Assembly (NCBI GenBank): GCA_000165425.1
Contig: CT868652.1
Span: 186,001 to 250,000 of the forward strand
Reading direction: 5' to 3'
Length of the DNA stretch: 64,000 nt
Origin: Paramecium tetraurelia
Lineage: Eukaryota
Shown here in pieces: positions 26,605 to 40,799 of this stretch (its first letter is position 1; every line of letters begins with the position of its first letter). Made by a program: the position numbers and the translations under genes. Under the pieces are notes generated by a model. The model did no database searches and was not told where the DNA came from. It was given only the letters and a program-made list of their open reading frames with translations.

Positions 26605-27762
26605 TCATTTAGTCTTTCCATTTAACTTGAGCTCTTTTCTGACAATCCTTGAAAATGGTCCCATGTATCCATCAAATATGTAAGCCAAAATAGCTAAAGT
26701 GTAATTTGTATGATATGGTAATTAATCGTAGAATTCAGGAGCAATCTTTTTAACTAAAGGCAATCTTGACCAAGGAATGTTTGGAAAATCGTGATGTTCG
26801 GTATGATATCCCAAATTTAAAATTAAAAAGTTGGCAATTCCGAGATAATTATATGTTTCTAATCTATTGATGAATTCATAATGTTCAGTGATCAGATGGG
26901 CAGCCAGAGGATGAATACTAATGGATATTTATTAAATCGTTACCTCAATCCAAAATAGGTTGAAAGTATTAACCATCCCAAAGCAGATGGTCCCATGTAA
27001 ATGTAAATCAAAGAATTTGAAATGATTATTGATACTAGGTTTAATATCTCATATTTATTTGGTACCAAGGGTCTGATAAACATAGGTCTAAGTGAATAGA
27101 ATAAGGGCAAAAAAAGCATAAACAAAAATTTAAGGAGAGGTCCTTTTACGTGATCTATCTCCCATTAGGATGGCAAATCAGGATCTAAATCAGGTAAATT
27201 CATAAATGTGTGATGATCTGAATGATATCTTATAAAATAAAAAATATTTTTACCTTCCAAAAGTAATTGCGGATGGAACTCCCTGACCAAAATTTAAAAA
27301 GATGGCCATCAATTTATTGTACTACATACTCTCAAAGCACAAGTAATGTGTAAAATCATGCATTAAAGCATGCAGAGCATGGCTCAATACTGCTCCGATG
27401 CAGTATGATGAAACTAGATACCACAACCAATTTGTGGTTGCAAAGAAGTTTATACACCAAAATTGAGCCAACACAATGCCAACTCCAAGCCATGCAGACA
27501 TTAGATCGGGGCCAAAAAGAATTTTAATTTCTGGGTGTTTTTAGAGTATTTGCTTTCTTCTTATCGCATGTGGTTCATCATGACCTAGTCAATATATCAT
27601 GTAAATCATACCCATTATATGAAAATAAGACATATTTTTTTCAAAATTTGTATTGGCGAAAATTGATTCCTTATAGGAGGAATGCCCATTTCTCTTTTCT
27701 TGCTCCTTGAGAAGCTCGGGTTAATTTGAATCTTCTAATAATCCCTGTGGGTTAAGGAACAT
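26605..27762 (-). CDS. DEGS1: Sphingolipid delta-4 desaturase (DES1/DEGS family)
   Basis: DEPHAIRRKQILQKHPEIKILFGPD; His boxes HDFTH, YHSDHH, GYHTEHHDFPNIPW; LPDLDPDLPS; HPLAAHLITEHYEF. Confidence 0.92.
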
Positions 27763-28376
27763 TGTAGGTAATAATTATTAAAATATATGAATTTTTGATT
27801 TTGGATATTTGCTTTAATAATATTATTTGTCAAATCATAATATAATTTATTAAATTAATACACGAGTAATATTAATACGAACTATTATTAAAAAAAAAAT
27901 CTAATATATAAGGATCGAACTAATGGTCATTCTTAAACCATACACGCTATTATTCATTATGTATGGTTTGAATAAAATGTCGTTGTTAAAAGGAGATAGT
28001 CAAATATCCTTCACCTTTGCATTCAAAAATACTTATGAGTCCATGTATTGTTTTAAATAAGAGTTATTAATACTCACAATAAGAATAAGCAATGATCATC
28101 TTCAAACAGAGTTGATTCATTCTTAAAGTGTGAAATAATTAATATAAATAATATTTGAATGATATTATAATATTAAAAAAGTTGGGAAAATTTGGAATTT
28201 ATTAACATAAAAGTGCTTAATTGGTATGAGAATACAGAGAAAAGCATTCGCTAACTTAATATTAATTCATTTTTACGATATTTTATTAATTTATATAAAA
28301 ATGCTTAATTTGAATGATTAATTTAGTAATAAATATAATTTATCTATCGATTATCTAATTGAATTTTATTATAATA

Positions 28377-30984
28377 TCAAGCTTTTTAAGCAGATGATAA
28401 TAGACTTAATTTTTATTGAATTGACTTAATGTAAAGTGCATCTACTTCTGATGCCTTTTCTACTGCTTTTAGTGGTTTTGTAGTCCAAGAAGCCTCTACT
28501 ATCTATAATATAATATTATAATTTACAGATTCCATGCTTTTAGTTTACTTGTCTAATTTGTTGACTTGGTCTGCTTTTCTTTTTAAGTAGCTTTCTTGTT
28601 AAGATGATTCACCATTAGTTTTATCATCAATAAACTATTATGATAATGTCAAAATATTACTTTTTTTTTAATTTTGTCAACTTTTTAATTATGCAATGCT
28701 AATTTCTTTCTTCTTAACTCTTCTTTTTATTCATCGTCTAAATTATCTAAATTGACAACTTTTCTTGGTGTTGACTCAAGGCCTTCCTCTCTCTTTCGTC
28801 TATCTTCTTCTTTTTTTCTTTCTTCTTCCTTGATTTTTTCTTCTTTTTCTAATCTTTCCTTTTCTCTTCTTTCTTCTCTTTCTTTTTTAGCTTATTACAA
28901 AACTTCTTATAAATAATCATGTCGCTCAAGCTAAACGATAATGTATTAAAATTACAGTTCCTAAGGTTTAATTTTTCACAATTTTTGGAGTAGAAGTGAT
29001 TTATGGCAATTCTAACTTCTTTTTCTTCTTTTATTCTTGTAGTAATTTTAATTGTTTTTCTCTCTCTTCTTTTTCTAACTCAAGAGCCTTTTGATGTAAT
29101 TCTCTAAATTCTTTTAGATATTCCTTTCCTTTTTATTTGGCTAAGGATTCCCTCATATTCATAATCAAATTCTTCTTTTTTTTTCTTATCTTCTTCTTTC
29201 TATTTACTCAATATGATTGATTATTCAAGGTCCTTTTTAGTCTTTTCTTATAATTTTAAAAATCTCTCCTTTTCTTTTTCTTTAAATTCTTTTTCTCTTT
29301 ATTATCTGGCTTCTTCTTCTCTTTGGTAGATTTCAAACTCAGGTTCCTTTTCTTATTCTTTGTCATTTTTTTTGACCATTCTAATATATCTTTCGGGATG
29401 GATTGTTTTATCCCTTTAAACAAGTAATTCTTCCTCTTTTTCTTTATCTTTTTGGATTTTAATGGTTTCTTTAACTTTTTTATCATAATTTATGACTTTT
29501 GATTTTTTTTCTTTGGCTTAATTAATCAAGGTTTCTTTAGGAATAACAGAGATATCATCAAGAGATTTATTAACTCTAGACTCTTACAATAACCATAATT
29601 TGGAATCAAAACTTGCATTAACATTTTAACTATATTTACCAGCTTCTAAACCTAATTTCTCAAGTGCTTTCATTCTTTTTTCTTCGTATTCTCTCCTCTT
29701 CATTTTGAGTTTCTTTAAATATTCCTTCATGTGGTCCTCATATTCTTAATTATAAAATTCATTCTTTTCCATTCTCATTTTTCTCTCTTGATTAACAATT
29801 TATTGTTATTTTTGTATCTTTTTATTATACTTATCTAAAACTCTCATATATAGAGGCTATTCGATTTCAATTTTCTTTGGTGGATGTAAGATTTTACTAT
29901 TAGGAGATGCACTCTTGGGTCTAATCTTTTTCTTCTTATCTTTTTTCTGACCTTCATTTTTATAGGGTTTCAATTTAACCTTAGGAATATCTACTGAGGC
30001 AATTAATGCTCTTTCCTTGTTCATTTTTGATAATTTGTCATTCAAACTCTTAAAATACTCGTCTTCCATCTTATCCATTTTTTCGAGTCGCTGCTTTTAT
30101 TTAGCCTTCAGATCTTCTATATTTTCTCTCAATTTAGTATGTAACTGTTCTTTTAATTATTATCTATAAAATAGTATGAATAATGATTACGTTTTGAAAG
30201 CATCTTCTTATTTTTTCCTTTCTTCTTCTTCCTTCTCCCTCTTCTCTTTCTCACTCAATATCTTATTAGTTTTTTCTCTTCTTGTCTTAGCTTCATTTTG
30301 GATCTTCTAAACTGTCTCTTGGGCTTATTGTTACTTGTTCAGATTCTCCTCTTGCATATACAATTTGAGAGTGGGCTGACTGTAGGCACTATAAGCGTTG
30401 TTGATTTTCTGACTTTTGAGAGTTTTCAATTCAGTATCAACATTTTATAGTTTGGTTTGCAATTAATCCTTTTCCTTTTCGACAATCAAGACCTTTTTAT
30501 CCATCATATGTCCTTCAACATAATTGTATTTGGAATTCTTATAAAAATATTAACTTGTAATTTACTTCTAATTGTAAGACTCCTTTACGAATTGCATTCA
30601 GGATTTTATCTTCAACTCTTTCAGCATTTCTTAATGATAGCTAAGAATAGGATAAGAAATAACCTTTTGAGAAATGGAATCTTACTTATTTTTGAGAGTT
30701 TCAAAATACTTATTTTAAAAGTCCATCATAGTTTGCTTCATCTTTTAGATGTGATCCTACATGCCATAAAATAGAAAAATTACTATATCATTTGTTGAAG
30801 CCTTGACAGTTTCTTTTTTTGGTGGAGATGCCTAAGCAGTTTTGGGTTGTTGAATTGGCTGTTGTTATTATGGTTATTGTTATTTTTAATCATTTGGTTT
30901 ACCAGTGCTTTTTGGAGGGTCTTTGGCAGGAGGTTGTTATTGTGGCTATTATTTTGTTGGTGGTGCTGCGGGATTTTATTTCAT
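28377..30984 (-). CDS. Large charged coiled-coil protein of unknown function
   Basis: MKQNPAAPPTKQQPQQQPPAKDPPK.., K/E/R-rich body, several short introns, C-term EVDALYIKSIQQKLSLLSSAQKA-TGA. Confidence 0.75.
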
Positions 30985-31311
30985 TATTTATAAATATTAA
31001 TTGCACATTTTTGCATATAAATCAATAACAATTCTTCGCAAATCTAGCATAAGTTTCATCAAGATTGCCCTTCATATTTTAATCAATCGTCCATTGTCTT
31101 TAACATGAGTCTGATGTCACAACACTCAGGCCAGCCTGAATCATCCAATGAATAGGCACAACCACGATTAGAAGTGTAAGGATGGTCATTATGAGAGTTT
31201 TGGTTTCCTTTATTTTGAGTTCGTAATACATATGTCAGCAATGCTTTTGATGTTGAGCCTATTATTTTTATTAATTTGAATTAACAAATATTTTAATAAC
31301 ACCATATAAAT

Positions 31312-32752
31312 TCAAAAAGCCTATCCAAACAAAGTCTGATTTAATAAATAGAATGCACCTATCCTCTCGTTCTGTGGCACCATATGTCCAGCTCCCCTCA
31401 CAGTAACAAATCTCAATTTGTTCGAGTATCCTTGAGTATACCCTCCCAGCTAGTTGTTCTTTACATAATAGGGTCTCCACTCTTCAGTGATGGACAAATT
31501 TAATGTTTACAATGCTATAAACCATCTCAATAAAAACTCATTACTTTGCAATGTATCTAGCCAAGGAACCACGCTATCAGCATCTCCGTTGTATAATAGA
31601 ATGGTATAGAGATCATAATTGATTACTTCCTAGAGTACCTTCATAACTAGAGGAGGATCAGACACATATTTAAACTATTTGTTGTGATATCTGGAACACA
31701 TAAACCATTATATACTTTCATCCACATGGAGATACGTTTTAATTTAAATGTCATTCAAATAATTTTAAATATTGTCTATTTACACACATGGTACTCCTAA
31801 TTCATGATTGGTAACTTGAATAATGTTGTCATCGTGAATTAACATGAATTGTTTCATTTCTGAGAGCCACTCCTACTCATCTTCAACTTCTTTCTCTTCA
31901 TAATAACAATACCCATAAATATCATATGGATTAATTCTCTTTGTTATTCTCCAAGCATTCGAATTAACATCCTTACAATCTTCAGATGTCACATTCTTCT
32001 CACAAGCAGAAATATCAAAATTTGGAGGCAACAATTAATGTTACTTTTAATATACCAACTACGAAATTGGAAGATGTGTTAGGTTTGTTATTCCGTTCCC
32101 AATCATCATTCCCTGTAAATTTATGACAGCCACTTCTAAATCATTAAATTTCTTTATCTTTTATGCAAGCAATGGAATATATGCTCCTGCATAACTTTCA
32201 CCTGCCAACCACAATGGATTCTTTTAATATTCAGGATAATTGCTGTAAAATTCCTGTAATACTTTTAAATTGTGATCTGCTGTTTACGAATCATTGAATG
32301 TTATGTTCAGGGGATTATGTGAAAAACCCACTCCACTTGGACTTTCCAAAAATAATAAATGTGCTACTCTATTCCAAGATTACTCATTGTATGATAAACT
32401 CTCATCATCATCATTCAAAAATACAAAAGGACCTATTTCTTGAAGAAATCCAATCATAGACGAACACCCTTTAATATAACTGATATCTTATTACCAGGTC
32501 CTCCATTTAACCACAAAACAAGAGGTACACTATTATCCTTATTGTTAAGCTAACTCTGAACAAAAACATAGTGAAATGATTAGTTGCTATCAGTTATCGA
32601 TAAATAGCCTGAGAATATTGAAAAATTAAAATCTTTCATATCAAATGGCTATCCAAAATTGATGATGATAATTTTACAGGTAAATAAGTCACCAAGTCTT
32701 CAATTTACAATCCGAAAATATGAACAACTGTTGAAATTAGAATAAAAATCAT
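31312..32752 (-). CDS. Serine carboxypeptidase (peptidase S10), secreted/lysosomal
   Basis: Signal peptide; LWLNGGP/GCSS, LESPSGVGFS, WLAGESYAGAYIP (catalytic Ser), NGDADSVVP (Asp), TVRGAGHMVP (His). Confidence 0.93.
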
Positions 32753-33394
32753 AAATTTTTATGATTATTTATTTATGTTTTGATATTACACTAAAGTAAA
32801 ACACTGTAATTTTAATATAATCTTTTTCACATTTTCAGAAATATTCAAATACACTATTCTAATATAAATATATATTAATTAGATACTATTGAGTAAAATT
32901 AATGATTAAATTTTGTAGTTTATATGATATTCAAAATATTGATGATTTTTGATAAACATTTCAATATCAATCATCTAAGTGAGTTATCTATTAATTTAAA
33001 AAATAAATATTAACTAGAGGAATAAGATATAAATATGATTATAGAGTGGAGATAAATTAGTAATTTCAAAAAAAGACTGGTTTTTTTTATAAGATTTTTT
33101 AAATGAGAAATTATAAGCAATTTAATTTTTCAACTAATATGATTTAGAGCTCTACAATTAACACAATCAAGGCAATCAAGGCAAATCCAGCTAATAAAAA
33201 TTTGAATTCTTCAAAAAATCAGAGCATTATTAAGCTTATTTTCATTAAGAATGATTTTGGTAGTTTTTGTAATTACCTAAATTCAAATTATAATTATTTG
33301 ATAAGGATAAAGAACAAACTTATAAATTAAGTTATTAATAAATCATCTTTAATATAAAAAATTGACCAAGTTGATAAAAATGAATGATCTATAC

Positions 33395-34116
33395 TCATTT
33401 TTTATGCTTCTTAGACTTTTTTTCTTTTCTTCTACTTCTACTACGACTCTCTTCTTTCTTGACATCTTTCTCCTAAGCTTCTTTTATTTACTATTGTTAT
33501 TGTGCAAGTTCTTTTAATTTCTTTTTTTCTGCTTTTTTTTTTTCTTTCAACTAAATTAAACGTTCTGCTTTTCTCATTTCTCTTTCAACTTTTCTTTCCA
33601 GTCTTGTTTTCTCTTCTGCATCAAAATCAAATGCTGTTCCAGGCTTAAATTAATCTTTATCTATTCCAAATGCATCTCCAATTTTTTTCTCTTACTCTTC
33701 TTTCCTCTAAGTCTTAATGTGAGTGTCAGCAACATGACTAAACATATTATAAAATCTTACTCTAATTAATACTCCCCCTTATTTAACATATCTTTCAATT
33801 TATCCTCCAATCTTTAAATTCTCTATTTAATTTCTTCTTCTGCAATTCCTCTTGCTTCCAATTCCTCTTATAATGTAATTTTTTTCAACTCTATATCTCT
33901 TTTCATCTCATGTAAAATAATTTCTGGATTTGCTTTCTTTCTTGCCTAAATAACATTTTCCTAAATTTTATTAAAAATAATTTTTACTTTCATAGCCTTA
34001 ATTTCTTTAAGAAATTCATCTTGCTTTCGTGTTGGTTTTATATGAGCTAGGTTTTTTTACACATACCCAGAGGTACCACTACCTCTAGGAGTCATTAAAC
34101 CAATATTATTATACAT
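33395..34116 (-). CDS. CWC21: CWC21/SRRM2 N-terminal-domain splicing factor
   Basis: MYNNIGLMTPRGSGTSGYVQKNLA..NPEIILHEMKRDIELK; K/S-rich tail. Confidence 0.9.
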
Positions 34117-34677
34117 AATAAATATATATTTTAAATATATAATTTTAATTACTTTTACTATGAATAAGAAAAATATTTAAAAAAAATTACTCATGTTTTT
34201 TTTATCTTCAGTTTTATTTTATTAAGCATCCAAATAAGATAAATGAATTTTTAGATATAAAATTTTTAAACCAAATTTTTCTAATTACATATACCTCAAA
34301 TTAAACCATATAACTTAGAGGATAAATTAAACTATATACATTTAAAAATCCTTACAATTTACAATATTTCAGAATGCGAGACATTAATTGTTTAAATCCT
34401 GAAAATATAATTTAAAAGATGTATGATATTATGAAGAAATCTAGAATTATATTTTTATATTTCGCCATGTAGAAAATTGTTAAAGTAAATTGTATGATTC
34501 TAAAAGTTTGCTGTAATCGACATATCCAAAAATAGAAATGTATTCACTTAATAATATTAAAACTGGAAGTTATGAATTATTAAAAACATTGACTAATATT
34601 AAGTTTCTGAGTTTTACACTTTTATTTAAATAGTTTGTATTCTGAATTTTATATATTTTCGAAAATTAATAATATAA

Positions 34678-35732
34678 ATGAATTAAAATTAAGAAGAGAA
34701 TTCAAGTGATGATGTAATATAATTTGAAGATAATGAAATAATAGATTTTAATAATATAGAATCAAATCATAGTCCCAAAGATTGCTAACCTTAAAAATAA
34801 GAACTCAAAAATGCTGACGAATCGATAAATTGTTCTCAATTGATGCTTATTCAGGTAAAGATAGATAATATTGCAGTAACAACCACCTCAAAAATAACAA
34901 TAAATGTAATAAATATAGAAATCCCCATAAACAACAATAAAAAATAAAAAGAATGACTGTCCTGAACTTTAGAAATTTAAGGACAATAATTATACTATTT
35001 TATAAAATTTATAAATTGACTTTAGCTTAGAATAATTTTTAACATCTCCTGCTCCTAAGGGTGGAATGATTTAATGTAGATTTTATAGAGCTTCTCCCAA
35101 GTTTACATTGTTTTTGGAATAATACAATAATATTTTATTAAATGCAGAGAAGAAATCCTTTTAAATAAAGAGCAGCTATAAAATTTTTGCAAAAGGAAAA
35201 AAAGAGGAATATCTAGGCAAAATCAAAGGAGATTTTAAGGGATTAAAATATCTTATATATGACAATGGAAAAACAGCAAAGAAATCAAAAGACATAAACT
35301 AATTAAGAAAAGAATTAGGAGTGGTCTATTATTAATCCTACGAAAAGAAGTTACGTTCAATTTAGGTACTACTTATATAATAATTAGTCATTCATTCCTT
35401 AAATAACCCCTAATGGATAAATGTATGAATTTAAGTGTCAGAAACCTTATACATCCATTGTCAATAGTTTAGATAATGTAATTGAACTAGTAAATAGAAA
35501 ACCTTAATGGATTCCTTCGTATAAAGCTTATGGATTAAATTTTTATGGTAGAATATTTACAAGTTCCGTAAAGAATTTCATTTTGACAGAAAGAGGAAGT
35601 GAAATCCCAGTATTGTTATTTGGTAAAAATGATGATAGAGAATTCGTACTTGATTTTTCATACCCATTAACTCCAGTTTAAGCATTCTGTATTGCACTTT
35701 CAAGCACAGATCATAAGATTGGGTGTAAATGA
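34678..35732 (+). CDS. Tubby-domain protein
   Basis: PAPKGGMIQCRFYR, YLGKIKGDFKG, RKELGVVYY, NRKPQW..YGLNFYGR..SSVKNF, LLFGK..FVLDFSYPLTPVQAFCIALSS. Confidence 0.92.
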
Positions 35733-36222
35733 AGCTAATTTTATATTAACAATAAAGGCTTCAGAATATAAAATGATTATTATTTTTAAATCGAATTTTA
35801 TCATCTAAATAAAAATATAAATATTGTAGAAGTGTCAACATTTTTATAAAATTATTTTTATTATGTAACTTTATGACTTGATCATAATGATTTTAACAAT
35901 ATGCATTTCAATACTAAATAAATGAAACAAAGTTTAAATTAAGTCAATTGTTAGAATACTTTAAGGATCTTATGGACAATAATAATAAACATTTAATTAC
36001 TTTATCTAATTTTCAAGAACGATTGCCTTGTTAATTTAAATATTTATAGGAGGCTGATATAGTTATTTAGTAATATTTGTAAATAAAGAAGTAATAAAGA
36101 AGTAATGAAAAAGTTTAAAAGGCTTAAACTGGATTGTCGGTTTTTTCATTAATTTATAATAATATATATTAAAACTAGAGATTAACAAATTAAATTAATA
36201 TATAAAATAGGAAATTCCTACT

Positions 36223-36615
36223 ATGTAAAATAAAGCTTGCGATTGGATTTGTATAGAATGCAGGAATTTGAATTATTCTTTTAGAAAGATTTGCAATAGA
36301 TGTTAATAGTGCTCAAGAGATGCACCAGGAATTTAATTTATTCCAAACAAAATTGATTCTGGATTATAGATTCTTGAAACAATAAAACTTTAACAAATAG
36401 ATTTAGGGGGAAGCAATCATAGTTCAGCCGATAGCAACGATGATGATGAAGATAATGGAATATTCTCTCAAGCTTTATTTCTACAGGATTTATCGAAAAA
36501 CTCCGACAGTTTTAAAAAATCATTCTCTTTCTTGAAAAAATGTTAAGTTTGCTGTAATCAGAACTACTTTTACTTGTAAAAGTGTAGTAATTGCGGAAAC
36601 TCTTCATTTAATTGA
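36223..36615 (+). CDS. Small RanBP2-type zinc-finger protein (130 aa) with a second degenerate finger at the C-terminus
   Basis: DWICIECRNLNYSFRKICNRC; C-term KKCQVCCNQNYFYLQKCSNCG; intronless open frame. Confidence 0.85.
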
Positions 36616-37474
36616 TTCTTTATATTAACATTAAATCTAAGTCTTATAATTATTATCAATTTTATCACAAACAGCCAAATAAATTTATTTTTTTAGCTTC
36701 AGGGTAAAAGAAAATATGTTATATTTTAAACTACCTGTAAATAAACTGAAATTAATCAATTTATATATAAATATATTAATTAATTATCATGTGCCTAGAT
36801 TAATTACGAAGAATCAAACTATTAAGTTAAAATGACTTATTCATTTTTAAAATCTTATACGTGCATCAATTAAGTATTTTTGTGCACTCAAGACTTCTAC
36901 TTCATAATTTAGAAATAGTAATTATGATAATTTATAGTAATATTAGTATAAAAAGACATTGTTTTTTTGAATCATTTCTAACTGATAAATCGGCTATATG
37001 CTGCTACTTAATTATTTATAGATCATGGCATAATTTTTTCTTAAATTTATATTAATTAATGTATATCTAAATTTTTTATTTAAATACCAAATTTTTTCAT
37101 TCTATTTTTTTATTTTTCATAGCCTAATCAGAGCGAAATACAAAAATCTTGAATTCAAAATGATAAATGTTTAAAAGCTTTAGAATTTCATGACTACATA
37201 ACAAGGTCCCCGAACAAATAAGATTGTAATATTAATCATAATATATTCTTACTTCATAATTAAATTCAACTATCTTGATTTATTATTTTGATGAAGCATA
37301 AATTCTATTTCTTTAAAATATTTACAAATAAGAAAATATTATATTAGTGTTAAATCTTCTCTATGTCCTAATTGATTTATTAAGAGATCTTAGTGTTTGT
37401 ATGATTTTGATTCATTTTGATACAAATACTTTTAACAAGAATAGGATAATTAATGCGTTATTATAAATTATAAA

Positions 37475-38975
<1,501 letters not shown>

Positions 38976-39062
38976 ATTTTATGTAAAGTTATTTTATTTA
39001 ACTATCATAAGAGTGTTCTTGTGTTATATATCTTTTGATTATATTGAATATTTTAACATTTA

Positions 39063-39538
39063 TCAATTATTTTTTTTCCAATAACTTTCTAATTCTCTAT
39101 CTAAATTATTTTCTTTTGTATTCGATCCTTTCCTAGAGAAATATGAGTCTAAAGCATTGTCTAATTTAGAAGATGCTTTTTAATAGATTAGAATTGATAC
39201 CACTATTTCCTACTACTTATTGTCCACTCTTATATTATTCTAATTGTTTGTCCAATTTATTTTCTAAATTTTCACCTTTGTTTTCAGACAGCTTTCTGAA
39301 TCTTCTTTTGCCAGTCCTGAATGAATCAAATTTACCTGACTTCTTGAATCTAAAACTTCTTTTGAATGGTCTTCTATCTGCTATATAATGGATAGTCTAT
39401 AAAATGCCATTTACATTGATTATTGTTATCACGATCATTATCATCTCTGCTGAATTTCCTCTAGAAATTTGATCTAGGTCTTCTGTTATTTCTAAAGGGT
39501 CTATTTGACTGATTATTGTTTCGTCTAAAATTTTTCAT
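39063..39538 (-). CDS. Small Arg-rich protein with three CHTOP/FoP-type C-terminal (LDxxLxxY) motifs; candidate mRNA-export adaptor
   Basis: MKNFRRNNNQSNRPFRNNRRPR..; LDKQLEQY, LDNALDSYF, LDRELESYWKK; two introns. Confidence 0.65.
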
Positions 39539-39569
39539 AATTTTTTATTATAATATCTATATATTATGA

Positions 39570-40733
39570 TCAATGGAATAATTGGATATTAAAATTTTTA
39601 GAATCTCCCTCTGAATTTCAAAATTACTAACACATACACCAAAAAGAATAGTAAACCCACCAATATTTTGAAATTGTTGTTCCTTCCCATAGGAATACCA
39701 TAATTAAGTCTGGATTACACTAAAATGCCTAAAATAAATTATTATTATATATCATACCAAATGGTTCAGCTTTTTGCATACGTATTTAGCACCAATCAAT
39801 CATTATTTGTTTCATTTCAACAAATTCAAAATCATGCTATAATTCATGATAACCATTCTCAAACAATTTAATAGATTTATCTCGACTACCACATTTTTCA
39901 TAAAATCTTACACTCTCATGATAACTAGAAACAGCATCTTATTTGCCATGTAAAATTATTATGGGATATTTAAAAGTCTACACCTTTGATTCCATAAAGT
40001 TTAAGGTTTCAAGAATACTTTTGGCCATCCCAATACCTAATAGAGGCATCATTAGCTTATCCTCAAAACACCTTTAAATGTGTAGATCATCCTTGCTCAT
40101 TCCTGTAATGTTGAGTTTTGTATTAATTACTAAATCCTACAAGTTATGACAATTAATACTTCCATATAATGTCCAAAGTACTTAACTGCTATATATTTGA
40201 TTCCCTTCAGTTTTCTATCCATGGGAAAACCAAGCATCGGAGCTGTAGTGATAATCCCACTGATTTTCAATTGAGGGTTCCTCATTAAAAAACTGATTAT
40301 GAGTAAGCCACCCATTGCATGTCCATAGAGAAATAACGGAAGATCTTTAGATACCTATCTTAGCAAGACTTCAATATCCATATGTAATTCCTTTAAGGTT
40401 TAGGATCCTCTTGGTCCTCCAGAATATCCAAATCCTCTTAAATCGATTAAATGGACAGCAAAATTCAACTTAGCAAATATGTCAGCAATCTCAATAATTA
40501 GTATTTCACATTACATGTAGAAATCTTCCTTAGTGTTCTCCAAAGCCATGAACGATGCACAAAGATGCTTTTTTATGAGGCGGATCAAATTTGGTGTAAT
40601 AGAGTCTCAATTCGTCTCCATATCCACCAATATATCCACGCATAACCTTGTAATCAGGCAATTAGAATTCCCCTATAAATTTTGAATCATCTTTAAAATA
40701 ATCATTAATTGATTCTTATTCTTTTAAGTTCAT
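39570..40733 (-). CDS. Alpha/beta hydrolase, monoacylglycerol lipase/lysophospholipase family, nucleophile Ser replaced by Ala
   Basis: IVHGFGEHQGRF, IDLRGFGYSGGPRG, LFLYGHAMGGL, ILHGKQD, FENGYHELQHD. Confidence 0.88.
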
Positions 40734-40799
40734 TATATTAATTTAACAGATTAGTTGATGAAATTAGCTGATCGTAAGAAATTTTCTGTTCATTTGGAT

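Noticed and set aside
31225..31260. CAT TGC TGA (His-Cys-stop) upstream and in frame with the 69-aa ORF, as a second selenoprotein
   Set aside because: No plausible start, no known selenoprotein motif and no SECIS-like hairpin found downstream
33163..33185. Short direct repeats in spacers (CAATCAAGG x2 here; GA(C/T)ATCACAAAT x2 near 18018-18041; AAAGTTATAATTA x2 near 44258-44288)
   Set aside because: Two-copy micro-duplications with no spacer array, terminal repeats or associated genes; not CRISPR or a mobile element
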